Shown here one piece after another: positions 36,054 to 44,720 of a stretch of 64,000 nt of DNA (positions are counted from its first letter, which is position 1; each line of letters starts with the position of its first letter). Below the pieces are notes generated by a model. The model ran no database searches. It saw only the letters and a list, made by a program, of their open reading frames with translations, and was not told the origin of the DNA. The position numbers were made by a program, and so were the translations under genes. Source of the stretch: Gemmatimonadales bacterium (lineage in GTDB: Bacteria > Gemmatimonadota > Gemmatimonadetes > Gemmatimonadales > GWC2-71-9). The DNA lies in the NCBI GenBank assembly GCA_036522815.1, contig DATDFC010000140.1, positions 4,243 to 68,242 of the forward strand, in the 5' to 3' direction.

Positions 36054-36660
36054 TCAAGCCGCGCCTCAGGCCCGTCGCCACAGCCTCGGCCCGATTCGCC
36101 GCCTCGAGCTTGTCGTAGATCGCCGCGAGGTGCGTCTTGACGGTGTGCTCCGACACCCCGAGCCGCGCGGCGATCTCCTTGTTGACGAGTCCTTCGCCGA
36201 GCAGCGTCAGGATCTCCCGCTCCCGCGGCGTGAGCACGCGACCGTCGGGTGATTCTCCTTCGAGCACCGCCCGCGCGAGCACGGCCGGCACGGAGGTCAG
36301 GCCAGCCGCGGCCGCGCGAATGGCGGCGCCAATCTCCGCCGGAGAGGCGTGGGGTGGCAACACGGCGCGGGCGCCGGCGCGTAACGCGTGCGCGGCCGAG
36401 GTGCGATCCAGATCGTCCAGCAGAACGACGAGCGGCGTCGCATCGTGCTCCGGACGGAGCCCCAGGCGGAGGGGCAGGGGCTGCTGAGCCTCGCTCCCGG
36501 GACCGAGCAGGATCACGTCCGGACGGCTCTCATCGTCGATAAGCACCAAGCCCGTATCGCGAGCGACGACGTGCTGCAGCTCGCGGCGCGCCCCCGGCTG
36601 CGGCGACACCACCAGCACTCGTATCACGGCACCGCCGGTGCCAGCGTCCGTCGCAACCAT
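36043..36660 (-). CDS. LuxR/NarL-type DNA-binding protein with degenerate (pseudo-)receiver domain
   Basis: The C-terminal LTPREREILTLLGEGLVNKEIAARLGVSEHTVKTHLAAIYDKL is a helix-turn-helix. The receiver-like N-terminus reads VLVVSPQPG (no acidic pair), DVILLGPG (Gly where the phospho-Asp is expected) and GARAVLPPH (no conserved Lys). Confidence 0.75.
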   Translation of the reverse strand: MVATDAGTGGAVIRVLVVSPQPGARRELQHVVARDTGLVLIDDESRPDVILLGPGSEAQQPLPLRLGLRPEHDATPLVVLLDDLDRTSAAHALRAGARAVLPPHASPAEIGAAIRAAAAGLTSVPAVLARAVLEGESPDGRVLTPREREILTLLGEGLVNKEIAARLGVSEHTVKTHLAAIYDKLEAANRAEAVATGLRRGLIML

Positions 36661-37244
36661 GACTGGACCAGCGCCGCCGGGACGGCGAGCGCCAGTCCTC
36701 CCTGCATCATGGTGTTGATGCCGATCAACGTCCCGCTCGAATCGGCGAGTGGGCCTCCGGAGAAGCCGGGCGCCAGACGCAGATCCGCCCGGATCCACGC
36801 TGGTGGGCCCCCGGCGCGGTCGCCGCCGGCCGTGTGGACGATCCCGAGTGTAGCCGCGCCGACGAGCCCCCCTCCCGGATGTCCGATCGCGATCACCAAC
36901 TCGCCAACCTGCAGCGGCGGGGCAGCGCGGACCGGTGCGAACCCGGCGGCCGGTCGTGGCTCGGGGTCGAGCGCCAGGGCGGCGAGGTCGCGCCTCCGGT
37001 CGCGCGCGACGACTCGGGCGTGTGCCACCGCGCCGTCGCTGAATTGAATGCTCGCTTGAGCGCGAGTCGCGACATGGGCGTTGGTGATGACCAGCCCGCT
37101 CGAGTCGTCTCCCCCGTCCAGATCCCACAACACCCCCGAACCGGAGGCCGCGCCGCTCGACTGCACCCGCACGGTCACACGTCGCAGCTCCGTCACCACG
37201 TCGGCCAGCTCCGCCGCGAGGCCTGCGGTCACGTGCGCCATCAT
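36624..37244 (-). CDS. Trypsin-like serine protease (S1C), no PDZ domain
   Basis: LVITNAHVA (His), RRDLAALAL (Asp) and APGFSGGPL (Ser) form the catalytic triad context. Confidence 0.75.
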   Translation of the reverse strand: MMAHVTAGLAAELADVVTELRRVTVRVQSSGAASGSGVLWDLDGGDDSSGLVITNAHVATRAQASIQFSDGAVAHARVVARDRRRDLAALALDPEPRPAAGFAPVRAAPPLQVGELVIAIGHPGGGLVGAATLGIVHTAGGDRAGGPPAWIRADLRLAPGFSGGPLADSSGTLIGINTMMQGGLALAVPAALVQSWLRRTLAPAVP

Positions 37245-38155
37245 GCGGCGCGCGGCTGGGGCCGCTCGCCCGGCGTCACCTGAAGTGTCGTCACCTCTCC
37301 TCCGCGAATCACCTGTGCGGCGATGGGCCGTCCCACTCGGTCCCCGCCCAGCTTGGCCAGCACATCGGTCGGGTCGCTCACCGCGGCGCCGTCGAGCGCG
37401 AGCAGCACGTCACCCAACAGCACACCGTCGCGATCGGCGGGCCCGCCCGGCTCGACGCTCGCGATCAGCAGGCCCACCGTGTTTTTCAACTCGAGCCGGC
37501 GGGCGAGCGACTGCGGCACCCGCACCGGCTGCGTTCCGATCCCCAGATAAGCGCGGCGGATGGTTCCCCGTTCCAGCAGCTCGCCGACCGTCCGCTCCAC
37601 CGTGGCGATAGGAATCGTCACCGGCGTGCCGCGGGCCAGCCCAGAGGTGTTGATGCCGAGCACCCGGCCGGCGGCGTCAATGAGGGGGCCGCCCGAGAAT
37701 CCGTCGTAAATCGACACATCGAGACGGAGCAGCGAGTCGATCTCGCCGCCCCGCCAGGTGCGCCACGCGCCGGCCACGCTGCTCACCACCCCCCAGCTGG
37801 CCGTGAGCCGTGGTCCCGGCCGCCCCAGCGCGATCACGAATTCTCCGACACTGGGCGATGGGTCGAGGCGCAGCTGCGCGGTCGCCAAGCTCTGGCCGGC
37901 GAGCCGCAACACGGCCAGGTCCGTGCTGGGGTCTCGCCCCGCCAGGGTGACGGGTGCGCTGGTGCCGTCAGGCAGGGTTACGGTGATGTTGTCGTCGCGC
38001 TGGATGGTGTGGTTGGTCGCGACGATTACTCCCTGGCGCCAGTGAACGCCGCTCGCGGGAATGCGGCGCCGGGCGTGGATCGCCACGACGGCGCCGCCGC
38101 CCGCCTCGACGGCGCTGGCGAGCTCGTTCGATAGGGATTCGAGTAGTGCGGTCAT
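37241..38155 (-). CDS. HtrA/DegP-family serine protease with C-terminal PDZ domain
   Basis: VIVATNHTI, STDLAVLRL and YDGFSGGPLID form the triad. A PDZ-like AYLGIGTQPV...GLLIASVEPGGPADRDGVLLGDVLLALDG follows. Its stop overlaps the next gene's start. Confidence 0.8.
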   Translation of the reverse strand: MTALLESLSNELASAVEAGGGAVVAIHARRRIPASGVHWRQGVIVATNHTIQRDDNITVTLPDGTSAPVTLAGRDPSTDLAVLRLAGQSLATAQLRLDPSPSVGEFVIALGRPGPRLTASWGVVSSVAGAWRTWRGGEIDSLLRLDVSIYDGFSGGPLIDAAGRVLGINTSGLARGTPVTIPIATVERTVGELLERGTIRRAYLGIGTQPVRVPQSLARRLELKNTVGLLIASVEPGGPADRDGVLLGDVLLALDGAAVSDPTDVLAKLGGDRVGRPIAAQVIRGGEVTTLQVTPGERPQPRAA

Positions 38156-38192
38156 CGGTCACCTCTATTGTCGGGACCTCTGCACAAGTGAT

Positions 38193-38351
38193 CGTGGCGC
38201 TGGGGGTCGGGGCTAGGGGCGCCTACACGCGAGGGCCCTCCGAAACACGCCACGGGGACGTGTGCCGGCCCGGGCCTGCTCCGCGCCTCCGAGGTCTGCT
38301 TTCGTGGCGCCCTCGCGTGTAAAGCGCCCTCCGCCCCGACCCCCAGCGCCA
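38193..38351. repeat. Long imperfect inverted repeat (about 43-nt arms, 72-nt spacer)
   Basis: 38193-38212 GTGGCGCTGGGGGTCGGGGC pairs perfectly with 38332-38351. 38223-38235 TACACGCGAGGGC pairs perfectly with 38308-38320. The spacer contains further small hairpins (ACACG..CGTGT). Confidence 0.85.
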
Positions 38352-38771
38352 CGTACCGAGTAGGGCGCGAAAGCCGCCGCGGTAGAGGGGAGAATGCCGC
38401 CCCGGGGCGGCTGGCGGTATCGGCCGAACGGGCGAGGCCGACGTCGGGGAGTGTCGATTTCCAGGCGGGTCGAGCGACGCCAGGGAGGGGAACATCCGAC
38501 GTAATCGCTTCCTTACTGCACTGTATGAGCGAGCCTATGATCCGCTTCGTCACCCAGGTCCGAGTCCTCCGGGCGCTCCTGGACTTTATTTCCGGCCTCG
38601 ACCCCTCGGCCGTGGGCCTGCTACAGGCCCTGCTCGCACTAGTTCCGACTCGCAACAACGGGGAGAGCAATGTCGGTTTTGGCCGACCCCGTTCGTCTAC
38701 AGGGTGGCGGCGCAAGGTCGGCGGATCAGGGCGGGGAACGCGGCGGCTTGACCCTGCGTTACTTGTTCGAC

Positions 38772-38783
38772 AGTTATCTAACT
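38772..38783 (+). promoter_or_regulatory. Candidate ArsR-type operator AGTTATCTAACT (nested in the TTCGAC...GTCGAA palindrome)
   Basis: An inverted repeat AGTTA-TC-TAACT abuts the arsR ATG. A similar AGTTATACAACT occurs at 39156-39167. Confidence 0.35.
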
Positions 38784-39107
38784 ATGTACGTCGAACGAGG
38801 CAGGCAGGGACGGCTGGCGCCAGGTCAGTTCGAGCGCATTGCGAAGGCGCTGGCGGACCCGCGGCGCTTCGCACTGCTCGAAGCGATCGCGAGCAGCGCC
38901 CAGTGCCCGTATCACCAGTTGTGTGAGGACTTTCCGGTGACGAAGGCGACCATCTCGCATCACCTCAAAGAGCTGGTGCAGGCGGGCCTGGTCGACTCCG
39001 AGCGCGCAGGGCAGTTCGTGAACACGCGGGTGCGTCGCGACGTTATGCGCGCATACGCCGCGGAGCTGGTGCGCCGCGTGGGAAGCGAGCGCAGCCGCAC
39101 CGATTGA
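38784..39107 (+). CDS. ArsR/SmtB-family transcriptional regulator
   Basis: FERIAKALADPRRFALLEAIA...HQLCEDFPVTKATISHHLKELVQAGLV is a winged-helix pattern. The start at 38784 is inferred; the longer ORF begins at 38670. Confidence 0.75.
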   Translation: MYVERGRQGRLAPGQFERIAKALADPRRFALLEAIASSAQCPYHQLCEDFPVTKATISHHLKELVQAGLVDSERAGQFVNTRVRRDVMRAYAAELVRRVGSERSRTD

Positions 39108-39155
39108 GCGAGCGTAACGGCATGGTCGTGGACTCGTCGCCGCCATGTGTCAAAT

Positions 39156-39167
39156 AGTTATACAACT
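39156..39167 (+). promoter_or_regulatory. Candidate ArsR-type operator AGTTATACAACT upstream of the RND operon
   Basis: A palindromic 12-mer 40 nt upstream of the adaptor-subunit ATG, related to the site at 38772. Confidence 0.35.
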
Positions 39168-39206
39168 GTCTTACAAGCTCCAAGAACCCCAGGGAGGTCG
39201 TTGCAT

Positions 39207-40298
39207 ATGCGCAGTCGCATTCTCGCAACTCGGGATTGGATCCGCTCAGTGGTGCTGGTCGGGACGGTGCTCGTGACCGGGGTGGCGCTGGCCGCATGGA
39301 AGTCCGCGGCCGCCCGCGCCGCCAGCGCGGCCGCCGCGCGGCAGCCCGAGCCGATCGAATCGGTGAACATCGCGGTGGCCAAACAGCGCGAGTACCGTCC
39401 CACGACGACGTCGGTGGGCACGGTGCTGGCGCTCGAGTCGATCACGCTGCGCAACGAGCTCGCGGGCACGGTTCGCAAGGTGGGGCTGGTGCCCGGACAG
39501 GTGGTCGAGGCCGGCACGGTGCTCGTGGCGCTCGATGTGTCGGTGGAGCAGGCGGAGCTCGACGCCGAGACCGCCCAGGCCGATCTGGCGGGGACCACGC
39601 TCGCGCGGCTCGAGCGCCTGCTCCAGGCGCAGGCCGTGTCGCAGGAAGAGGTCGACCAGGCACGAGCCGCGCGCGACGTCGCGCTCGCGCAAATCGAGCG
39701 CACCCGCGCCGTCATCGCGAAGAAGACGATCCGCGCGCCGTTTCGCGCCCGCGTGGGGCTGAGCGACGTGCATCCGGGTCAGTACCTGAACGAGGGCACC
39801 GAGCTCACCACGCTCCAGGGAGTCGATGCGGCGGCCAACGTGGACTTTACCGTGGCCCAGGCGGTGGCAGCGGGATTGCGCCCTGGCCAGGTGGTGACGG
39901 TGTTCGCCGGTGACACGCCGACGACGGCCCGGATCGCCGCGATCGATGCCCGTGTCGATCCCACGACCCGAAACGCCCTGGTGCGGGCGCGCATCTCCGG
40001 CCATGCCCCGGCGCCCGGCGCGTCGGTGCGGGTCGAGGTCCCCGTGGGGCCGCCGACCGCCGCCGTTGCCATTCCCGTGAGCGCCCTCCGCAAGGGACCG
40101 AGCGGCGATCACGTGTTCCTGATCGCGCCCGACTCCGCCGGCAAGACGCGCGCCCATCTGCAGGCGGTGCAGAGCGGCCCGGTGCTCGATGACGACGTCG
40201 TGATCCTCAGTGGTGTCACCCCCGGGCAGCGGGTCGCTGCCTCCGGGTCCTTCAAGCTGCGCGAGGCTGTGCTCGTCGCGAGCGACTCCTCTCGCTAA
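39207..40298 (+). CDS. RND efflux periplasmic adaptor subunit (HlyD/MFP family)
   Basis: N-terminal anchor, coiled-coil region (VSVEQAELDAETAQADLAG...QEEVDQARAARDVALAQIERTRAVI) and a beta-barrel C-terminus. GGGAGG lies before the ATG. Confidence 0.85.
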   Translation: MRSRILATRDWIRSVVLVGTVLVTGVALAAWKSAAARAASAAAARQPEPIESVNIAVAKQREYRPTTTSVGTVLALESITLRNELAGTVRKVGLVPGQVVEAGTVLVALDVSVEQAELDAETAQADLAGTTLARLERLLQAQAVSQEEVDQARAARDVALAQIERTRAVIAKKTIRAPFRARVGLSDVHPGQYLNEGTELTTLQGVDAAANVDFTVAQAVAAGLRPGQVVTVFAGDTPTTARIAAIDARVDPTTRNALVRARISGHAPAPGASVRVEVPVGPPTAAVAIPVSALRKGPSGDHVFLIAPDSAGKTRAHLQAVQSGPVLDDDVVILSGVTPGQRVAASGSFKLREAVLVASDSSR

Positions 40299-40310
40299 TC
40301 GGAAAGGGTC

Positions 40311-43300
40311 ATGCGCTCTTTTACCGATACCTTCATCAAGCACCCCGTCCTCGCGGCGGTGGTGAACCTGGTCATCGTGCTCGTGGGGTGGCGGGCGATC
40401 ACCACCCTGCCGGTGCAACAGTATCCGAAGATCGAAAGCTCTTCGGTCCTGATCACCACGGTGTACTACGGCGCCAGCGCCGAGACGGTGCGCGGCTTCC
40501 TCACGACACCGATCGAGCGCGCCGTGTCGGCGATCAGCGGCGTGGACTACGTCGAGTCGACCAGCCGCGCCGGCGTCAGCACTATCACGGTGCACTTGAA
40601 GCTCAACCACAACAGCACCGCCGCCCTGGCGGAGGTCACCGCCCGGTTGCAGCAGGTCCGGGCCGAGCTGCCGGCCGAGGCGCAGCCCCCGGTGGTCGAG
40701 GTGCAGCGCGCCGACCGGCCGTATGCGTCGTTCTACCTGAGCTTCACGTCCTCCGAGCGCGATATTCCGGCGCTCACCGACTGGCTGACGCGCAACCTGC
40801 AGCCCCAGCTGACCACGATGGCCGGGGTGCAGCGAGTCGATGTCGTCGGCGGGCGCCCCATCGCCATGCGGATCTGGATCGATCCCGACCGCTTGGCGGC
40901 GCTCAACCTCGCGCCCGGCGACGTGCACGCGGCGCTCGAGCGCAACAACTACCTCGCCGCCGTGGGCCAGACCAAGGGCGACCTGGTGCAGGTCAACCTG
41001 CTCGCCAACACCGACCTGCGGACGCCCGAGGAGTTCAAGAATCTCGTCGTGGCCGAGCGCAACGGGGCCATCGTACGGCTCTCCGACGTCGCCCGGGTGG
41101 AGCTGGGCGCCGAGGAGGCCGACTTCATCACCAAGTTCAACGACAAAGAGGCCGTGTATCTCGGCGTTTGGCCGCTGGTGGGCTCGAACGAGATCGAGGT
41201 CGCCAATCGGCTCCACGCCGAAATGGATCGCATCCGGCCCACGCTGCCGAAGGACATCGACATGCAGCTCGCGTACGACGCAACCGTGTTCATGGTCGAC
41301 GCGCTGCACGAGATCTCGAAGACGCTGGTCGAGACCATCATTATCGTCGGGCTGGTGGTGTTCCTCTTCATGGGGTCGATCCGCACCGCGCTGGTGCCGC
41401 TGGTCGCGATGCCGGTCTCGCTCATCGGCGCGGGCGCAGTGATGTACGCCTTCGGCTTCAGCCTCAACCTCCTGACGATCCTCGCGATCGTGTTGTCGGT
41501 GGGATTGGTGGTGGACGACGCCATCGTCGTGGTCGAAAACGTCGAGCGCCACGTGCGCGAGGGGAAGACGCGCGTGCAGGCGGCGCTGATCGGCGCGCGC
41601 GAGCTGGTCGGTCCCATCATCGCCATGACGATCACGCTCGCCGCGGTGTACACGCCGATCGGGTTCCAGGGCGGCCTCACCGGCTCGCTCTTCCTGGAGT
41701 TCGCGATTACGCTGGCGGCCGCGGTGGTGGTGTCCGGTATCGTGGCGGTCACGCTGTCGCCGGTGATGAGCTCGCGCTTCGTGCACGAGCAGGGCAAAGA
41801 AGGCCGGCTCACCAAGCTGGTGCACCATGGCTTCGAGCTGGTCCGCCGCCGCTATGAGCGGTTGCTCGACGGCGCCCTGGCCATGCGCTGGGGGATCGTC
41901 GCGGCCGCCGTGCTGGTGATGGTGGCGGCATGGCCGCTGTACCAGTACTCGCGGCGCGAGCTGGCCCCGATCGAGGACCAGAGCCACATCAGCCTGTTCA
42001 TGGCGGCGTCGCCCGACGCCTCGCTCGCGGCGACCAACAAGGCCTCCCTCCAGGTGGTCAAGGCGGTCAGGTCCTTCCCCGAGGCGAAGTTCATGTGGTC
42101 GCTCACCGCCAACTGGGGCGGCTTCGGGGGGATGGTCGCGAAGAACTGGAAAGAGCGGAAGCGCACCACCGAGCAGATGTACGGGCAGGTCTACGGCGCG
42201 GTCTCGCAGGTGCCGGGACTGCAGGTCTTTCCGCGGCTCGACCCGCCGCTGCCGTCGCCGGGCCAGTACGACGTGGAGCTGATCCTCGCGAGCGACGTCC
42301 CGCCCGAGCAGATGCTGCAAACGGTCGGGGCGGTGATGGGCGCCGGCTGGCAGAGCGGCAAGTTTCTCTACGTCGACACCGATTTGAAGATCGATCTGCC
42401 GGAGGCGCGGGTCGTGATCGACCGCGACCAGGTCGCCGACCTGGGCCTCGACCTCGCGAGCGTCGGCCGGGAGCTCGGCACGCTGCTGGGGGGCGCGTAC
42501 GTCAACCGGTTCAATTATTTCGACCGCAGCTACAAGGTCATCCCCCAGATCGGGGACGACCGCCGGGCCACGGTGGCGCCGCTGCTCGATCTCAAGATCA
42601 AGACGCCCAGCGGCCGGCTAGTGCCGGTGTCGACCTTCACGCATATCGAGTCGAGCACCGCACCGCGCACCCTCAATCGGTTTCAGCAGCGCAACGCCGT
42701 CCGGATCTTCGGCGGCGTGAAGCCTGGAGTGACCAAAGAAGAAGGGCTGCGCGTCCTCGAGAGCGCCGCCGCGGCCGTGACCGGGCCGGGCGTGGGGATG
42801 GACTACGCCGGAGAGTCCCGGCAAATCCGGCTCGAAGGGGCGGCGCTCACGGTGACGCTCGGTTTCGCCGTGATCCTCATCTACCTCGTGCTCGCGGCGC
42901 AGTTCAGGAGCTTCCGTGACCCGCTCATCGTACTGGTGGGCTCGGTGCCGCTCGCGATCTCCGGGGCGCTGGTGTTCAGCTTCTTGAACCTCACCACCAT
43001 CAACATCTATTCGCAGGTGGGGCTGATCACCCTGGTGGGACTGATCGCCAAGAACGGCATCCTGATCGTGCAGTTCGCGAATACGCTGCAGTCGCAAGGC
43101 GTGGCGAAGCTCGTCGCGCTGCGCGAAGCGTCACTCACCCGCCTTCGCCCCGTCCTCATGACCTCGGCGGCGACCGTGTTCGGACATCTGCCGCTCGTGT
43201 TCGCGACGGGGCCGGGATCGGCGGCGCGCAACAGCATCGGGACCGTGCTGGTGGCGGGCATGACGGTGGGGACGCTGTTCACGCTGTTCGTCGTCCCGGT

Positions 43301-43400
43301 GTTCTACTCGCTCATCGCCGCCGAGCATCGTCCCGAGACGGCGGACGGCCAAGATCTGGTGCTCCAACCCGCGATGGTGGAGGAGGCGGCTCATGCGTAG
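40311..43400 (+). CDS. RND efflux permease (AcrB/HAE-type, 1029 aa)
   Basis: MRSFTDTFIKHPVLAAVVNLVIVLVGW N-terminus and the GLVVDDAIVVVENVERH motif. Twelve-TM, two-large-loop architecture. Confidence 0.9.
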   Translation: MRSFTDTFIKHPVLAAVVNLVIVLVGWRAITTLPVQQYPKIESSSVLITTVYYGASAETVRGFLTTPIERAVSAISGVDYVESTSRAGVSTITVHLKLNHNSTAALAEVTARLQQVRAELPAEAQPPVVEVQRADRPYASFYLSFTSSERDIPALTDWLTRNLQPQLTTMAGVQRVDVVGGRPIAMRIWIDPDRLAALNLAPGDVHAALERNNYLAAVGQTKGDLVQVNLLANTDLRTPEEFKNLVVAERNGAIVRLSDVARVELGAEEADFITKFNDKEAVYLGVWPLVGSNEIEVANRLHAEMDRIRPTLPKDIDMQLAYDATVFMVDALHEISKTLVETIIIVGLVVFLFMGSIRTALVPLVAMPVSLIGAGAVMYAFGFSLNLLTILAIVLSVGLVVDDAIVVVENVERHVREGKTRVQAALIGARELVGPIIAMTITLAAVYTPIGFQGGLTGSLFLEFAITLAAAVVVSGIVAVTLSPVMSSRFVHEQGKEGRLTKLVHHGFELVRRRYERLLDGALAMRWGIVAAAVLVMVAAWPLYQYSRRELAPIEDQSHISLFMAASPDASLAATNKASLQVVKAVRSFPEAKFMWSLTANWGGFGGMVAKNWKERKRTTEQMYGQVYGAVSQVPGLQVFPRLDPPLPSPGQYDVELILASDVPPEQMLQTVGAVMGAGWQSGKFLYVDTDLKIDLPEARVVIDRDQVADLGLDLASVGRELGTLLGGAYVNRFNYFDRSYKVIPQIGDDRRATVAPLLDLKIKTPSGRLVPVSTFTHIESSTAPRTLNRFQQRNAVRIFGGVKPGVTKEEGLRVLESAAAAVTGPGVGMDYAGESRQIRLEGAALTVTLGFAVILIYLVLAAQFRSFRDPLIVLVGSVPLAISGALVFSFLNLTTINIYSQVGLITLVGLIAKNGILIVQFANTLQSQGVAKLVALREASLTRLRPVLMTSAATVFGHLPLVFATGPGSAARNSIGTVLVAGMTVGTLFTLFVVPVFYSLIAAEHRPETADGQDLVLQPAMVEEAAHA

Positions 43401-44718
43401 CGCGACTCTGTTGGTGTTCCTGGCGTTGTGCGGGCGCGCCTCGGCGGCGGCCGTGCAGGTCGCTGACTCGGCGGACTTCTGGCAACGGCTCGGCGACACC
43501 ACGCTGTCGCGCCTGATCGGCGAGGTGCAACGGGCCAACCTGGACGTGCGGGCCGCGCGGGCCCGGGTGAGCGCCGCCCGCTCGGACCGGCTGCGCTCGC
43601 TCCTCGACCTCACGCCCTCGGCCACCGTGTCCGGCGGCTACGTGCGCCAGCGGCTGTCGAGCGCGTCGTTCCCCGGCGGGTTCGGCGTGTTCCCGGACCA
43701 GAGCGTCTGGAGCGCCGGCGCCGATGCCGCGTGGGACCTCGATATCTTCGGGCAGATCCGCCACACCGTGCAGGCGCGCGGCGCCCTGGTGGGCGCGGCG
43801 GAGGAAACGTCGCGCGACGTGGAGGTGTCGTTCACGGCGGAGCTAGCCCGGGCCTACTTCGAGCTGCGCGGCGCCCAGGAGCAGCTCGCGGTGGCGCGCC
43901 AGAACGCCGAGAACCAGCGGCACACGTTCGAGCTCACGCGGCAGCGCCTCGACGCGGGGCGCGGCAGCGCGTTCGATACCGAGCGGGCCCAGGCGCAGCT
44001 GAGCTCGACCCTGGCGTCGATTCCCGCTCGCGAGGCGCAGGTCGCGGCGGCACAGTATCGCATCGGCGCGCTGGTGGGCCGGGCGCCGGATCAGGTCGCC
44101 CGGGAGCTGGAGCAGCCCGGTCGGTTGCCGCCCCTCCCCGACCTGGTCGCCATCGGCCAGCCGGACGTCGTGGTCCGCACCCGGCCGGACGTGGCCGCGG
44201 CCGAGCGGCTGGCGGCGGCGCAGGGAGCGCTGGTCGGAGCGGCCAAGGCCAGCTACCTGCCGCGGCTCAGCATCGGCGGCAGCGTCGGCTATGCCGCACC
44301 CGCATTCAACGCCGTGGGCGACCAGGGGACGCTGCGCTACGCGGTGGGACCGGTGCTCACCTGGCCGGCCCTCAACCTCGGTCGAGTCAAGACGGAGGTC
44401 GACGCCGCGCAGGCGCGGGAGGACGCGGCGCGCGCGGAGTACGGTCGCGTCGTGCTGGCCGCGCTGGCGGACGTGGAAACGAGCATCACGCGGTATCGCA
44501 CCGCCCGGGAGCGGTTACAGCGGCTGGAGGAGGCGAGTGCGGCGAGCGAGCGCGCGGCCGAGCTGGCGCGGCTGCGGTTCACGGAAGGGGTGACGGATTT
44601 TCTGCAGGTGCTGGACGCAGAGCGCACGCAGCTCGAGGCCCAGGATCAGCTGGCGCAGGGGCGGACCGACGCGGCGACGGCGTACGCGGCGTTGTACCGG
44701 GCGGTGGGAGGACGGTGA
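43393..44718 (+). CDS. Outer-membrane efflux protein (TolC/OEP family)
   Basis: Signal peptide and two OEP repeats (DVRAARARVSAA...; ...AAERLAAAQGALVGAAKASYLPRLSIGG). The start overlaps the RND stop. Confidence 0.8.
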   Translation: MRSATLLVFLALCGRASAAAVQVADSADFWQRLGDTTLSRLIGEVQRANLDVRAARARVSAARSDRLRSLLDLTPSATVSGGYVRQRLSSASFPGGFGVFPDQSVWSAGADAAWDLDIFGQIRHTVQARGALVGAAEETSRDVEVSFTAELARAYFELRGAQEQLAVARQNAENQRHTFELTRQRLDAGRGSAFDTERAQAQLSSTLASIPAREAQVAAAQYRIGALVGRAPDQVARELEQPGRLPPLPDLVAIGQPDVVVRTRPDVAAAERLAAAQGALVGAAKASYLPRLSIGGSVGYAAPAFNAVGDQGTLRYAVGPVLTWPALNLGRVKTEVDAAQAREDAARAEYGRVVLAALADVETSITRYRTARERLQRLEEASAASERAAELARLRFTEGVTDFLQVLDAERTQLEAQDQLAQGRTDAATAYAALYRAVGGR

Positions 44719-44720
44719 GG

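Noticed and set aside
38152-38715. 187-aa and 90-aa minus-strand ORFs in the htrA-arsR intergenic region.
   Set aside because: They run through the long inverted repeat. They have no start context and a biased Arg/Pro/Gly composition. The region is better explained as structured non-coding DNA.
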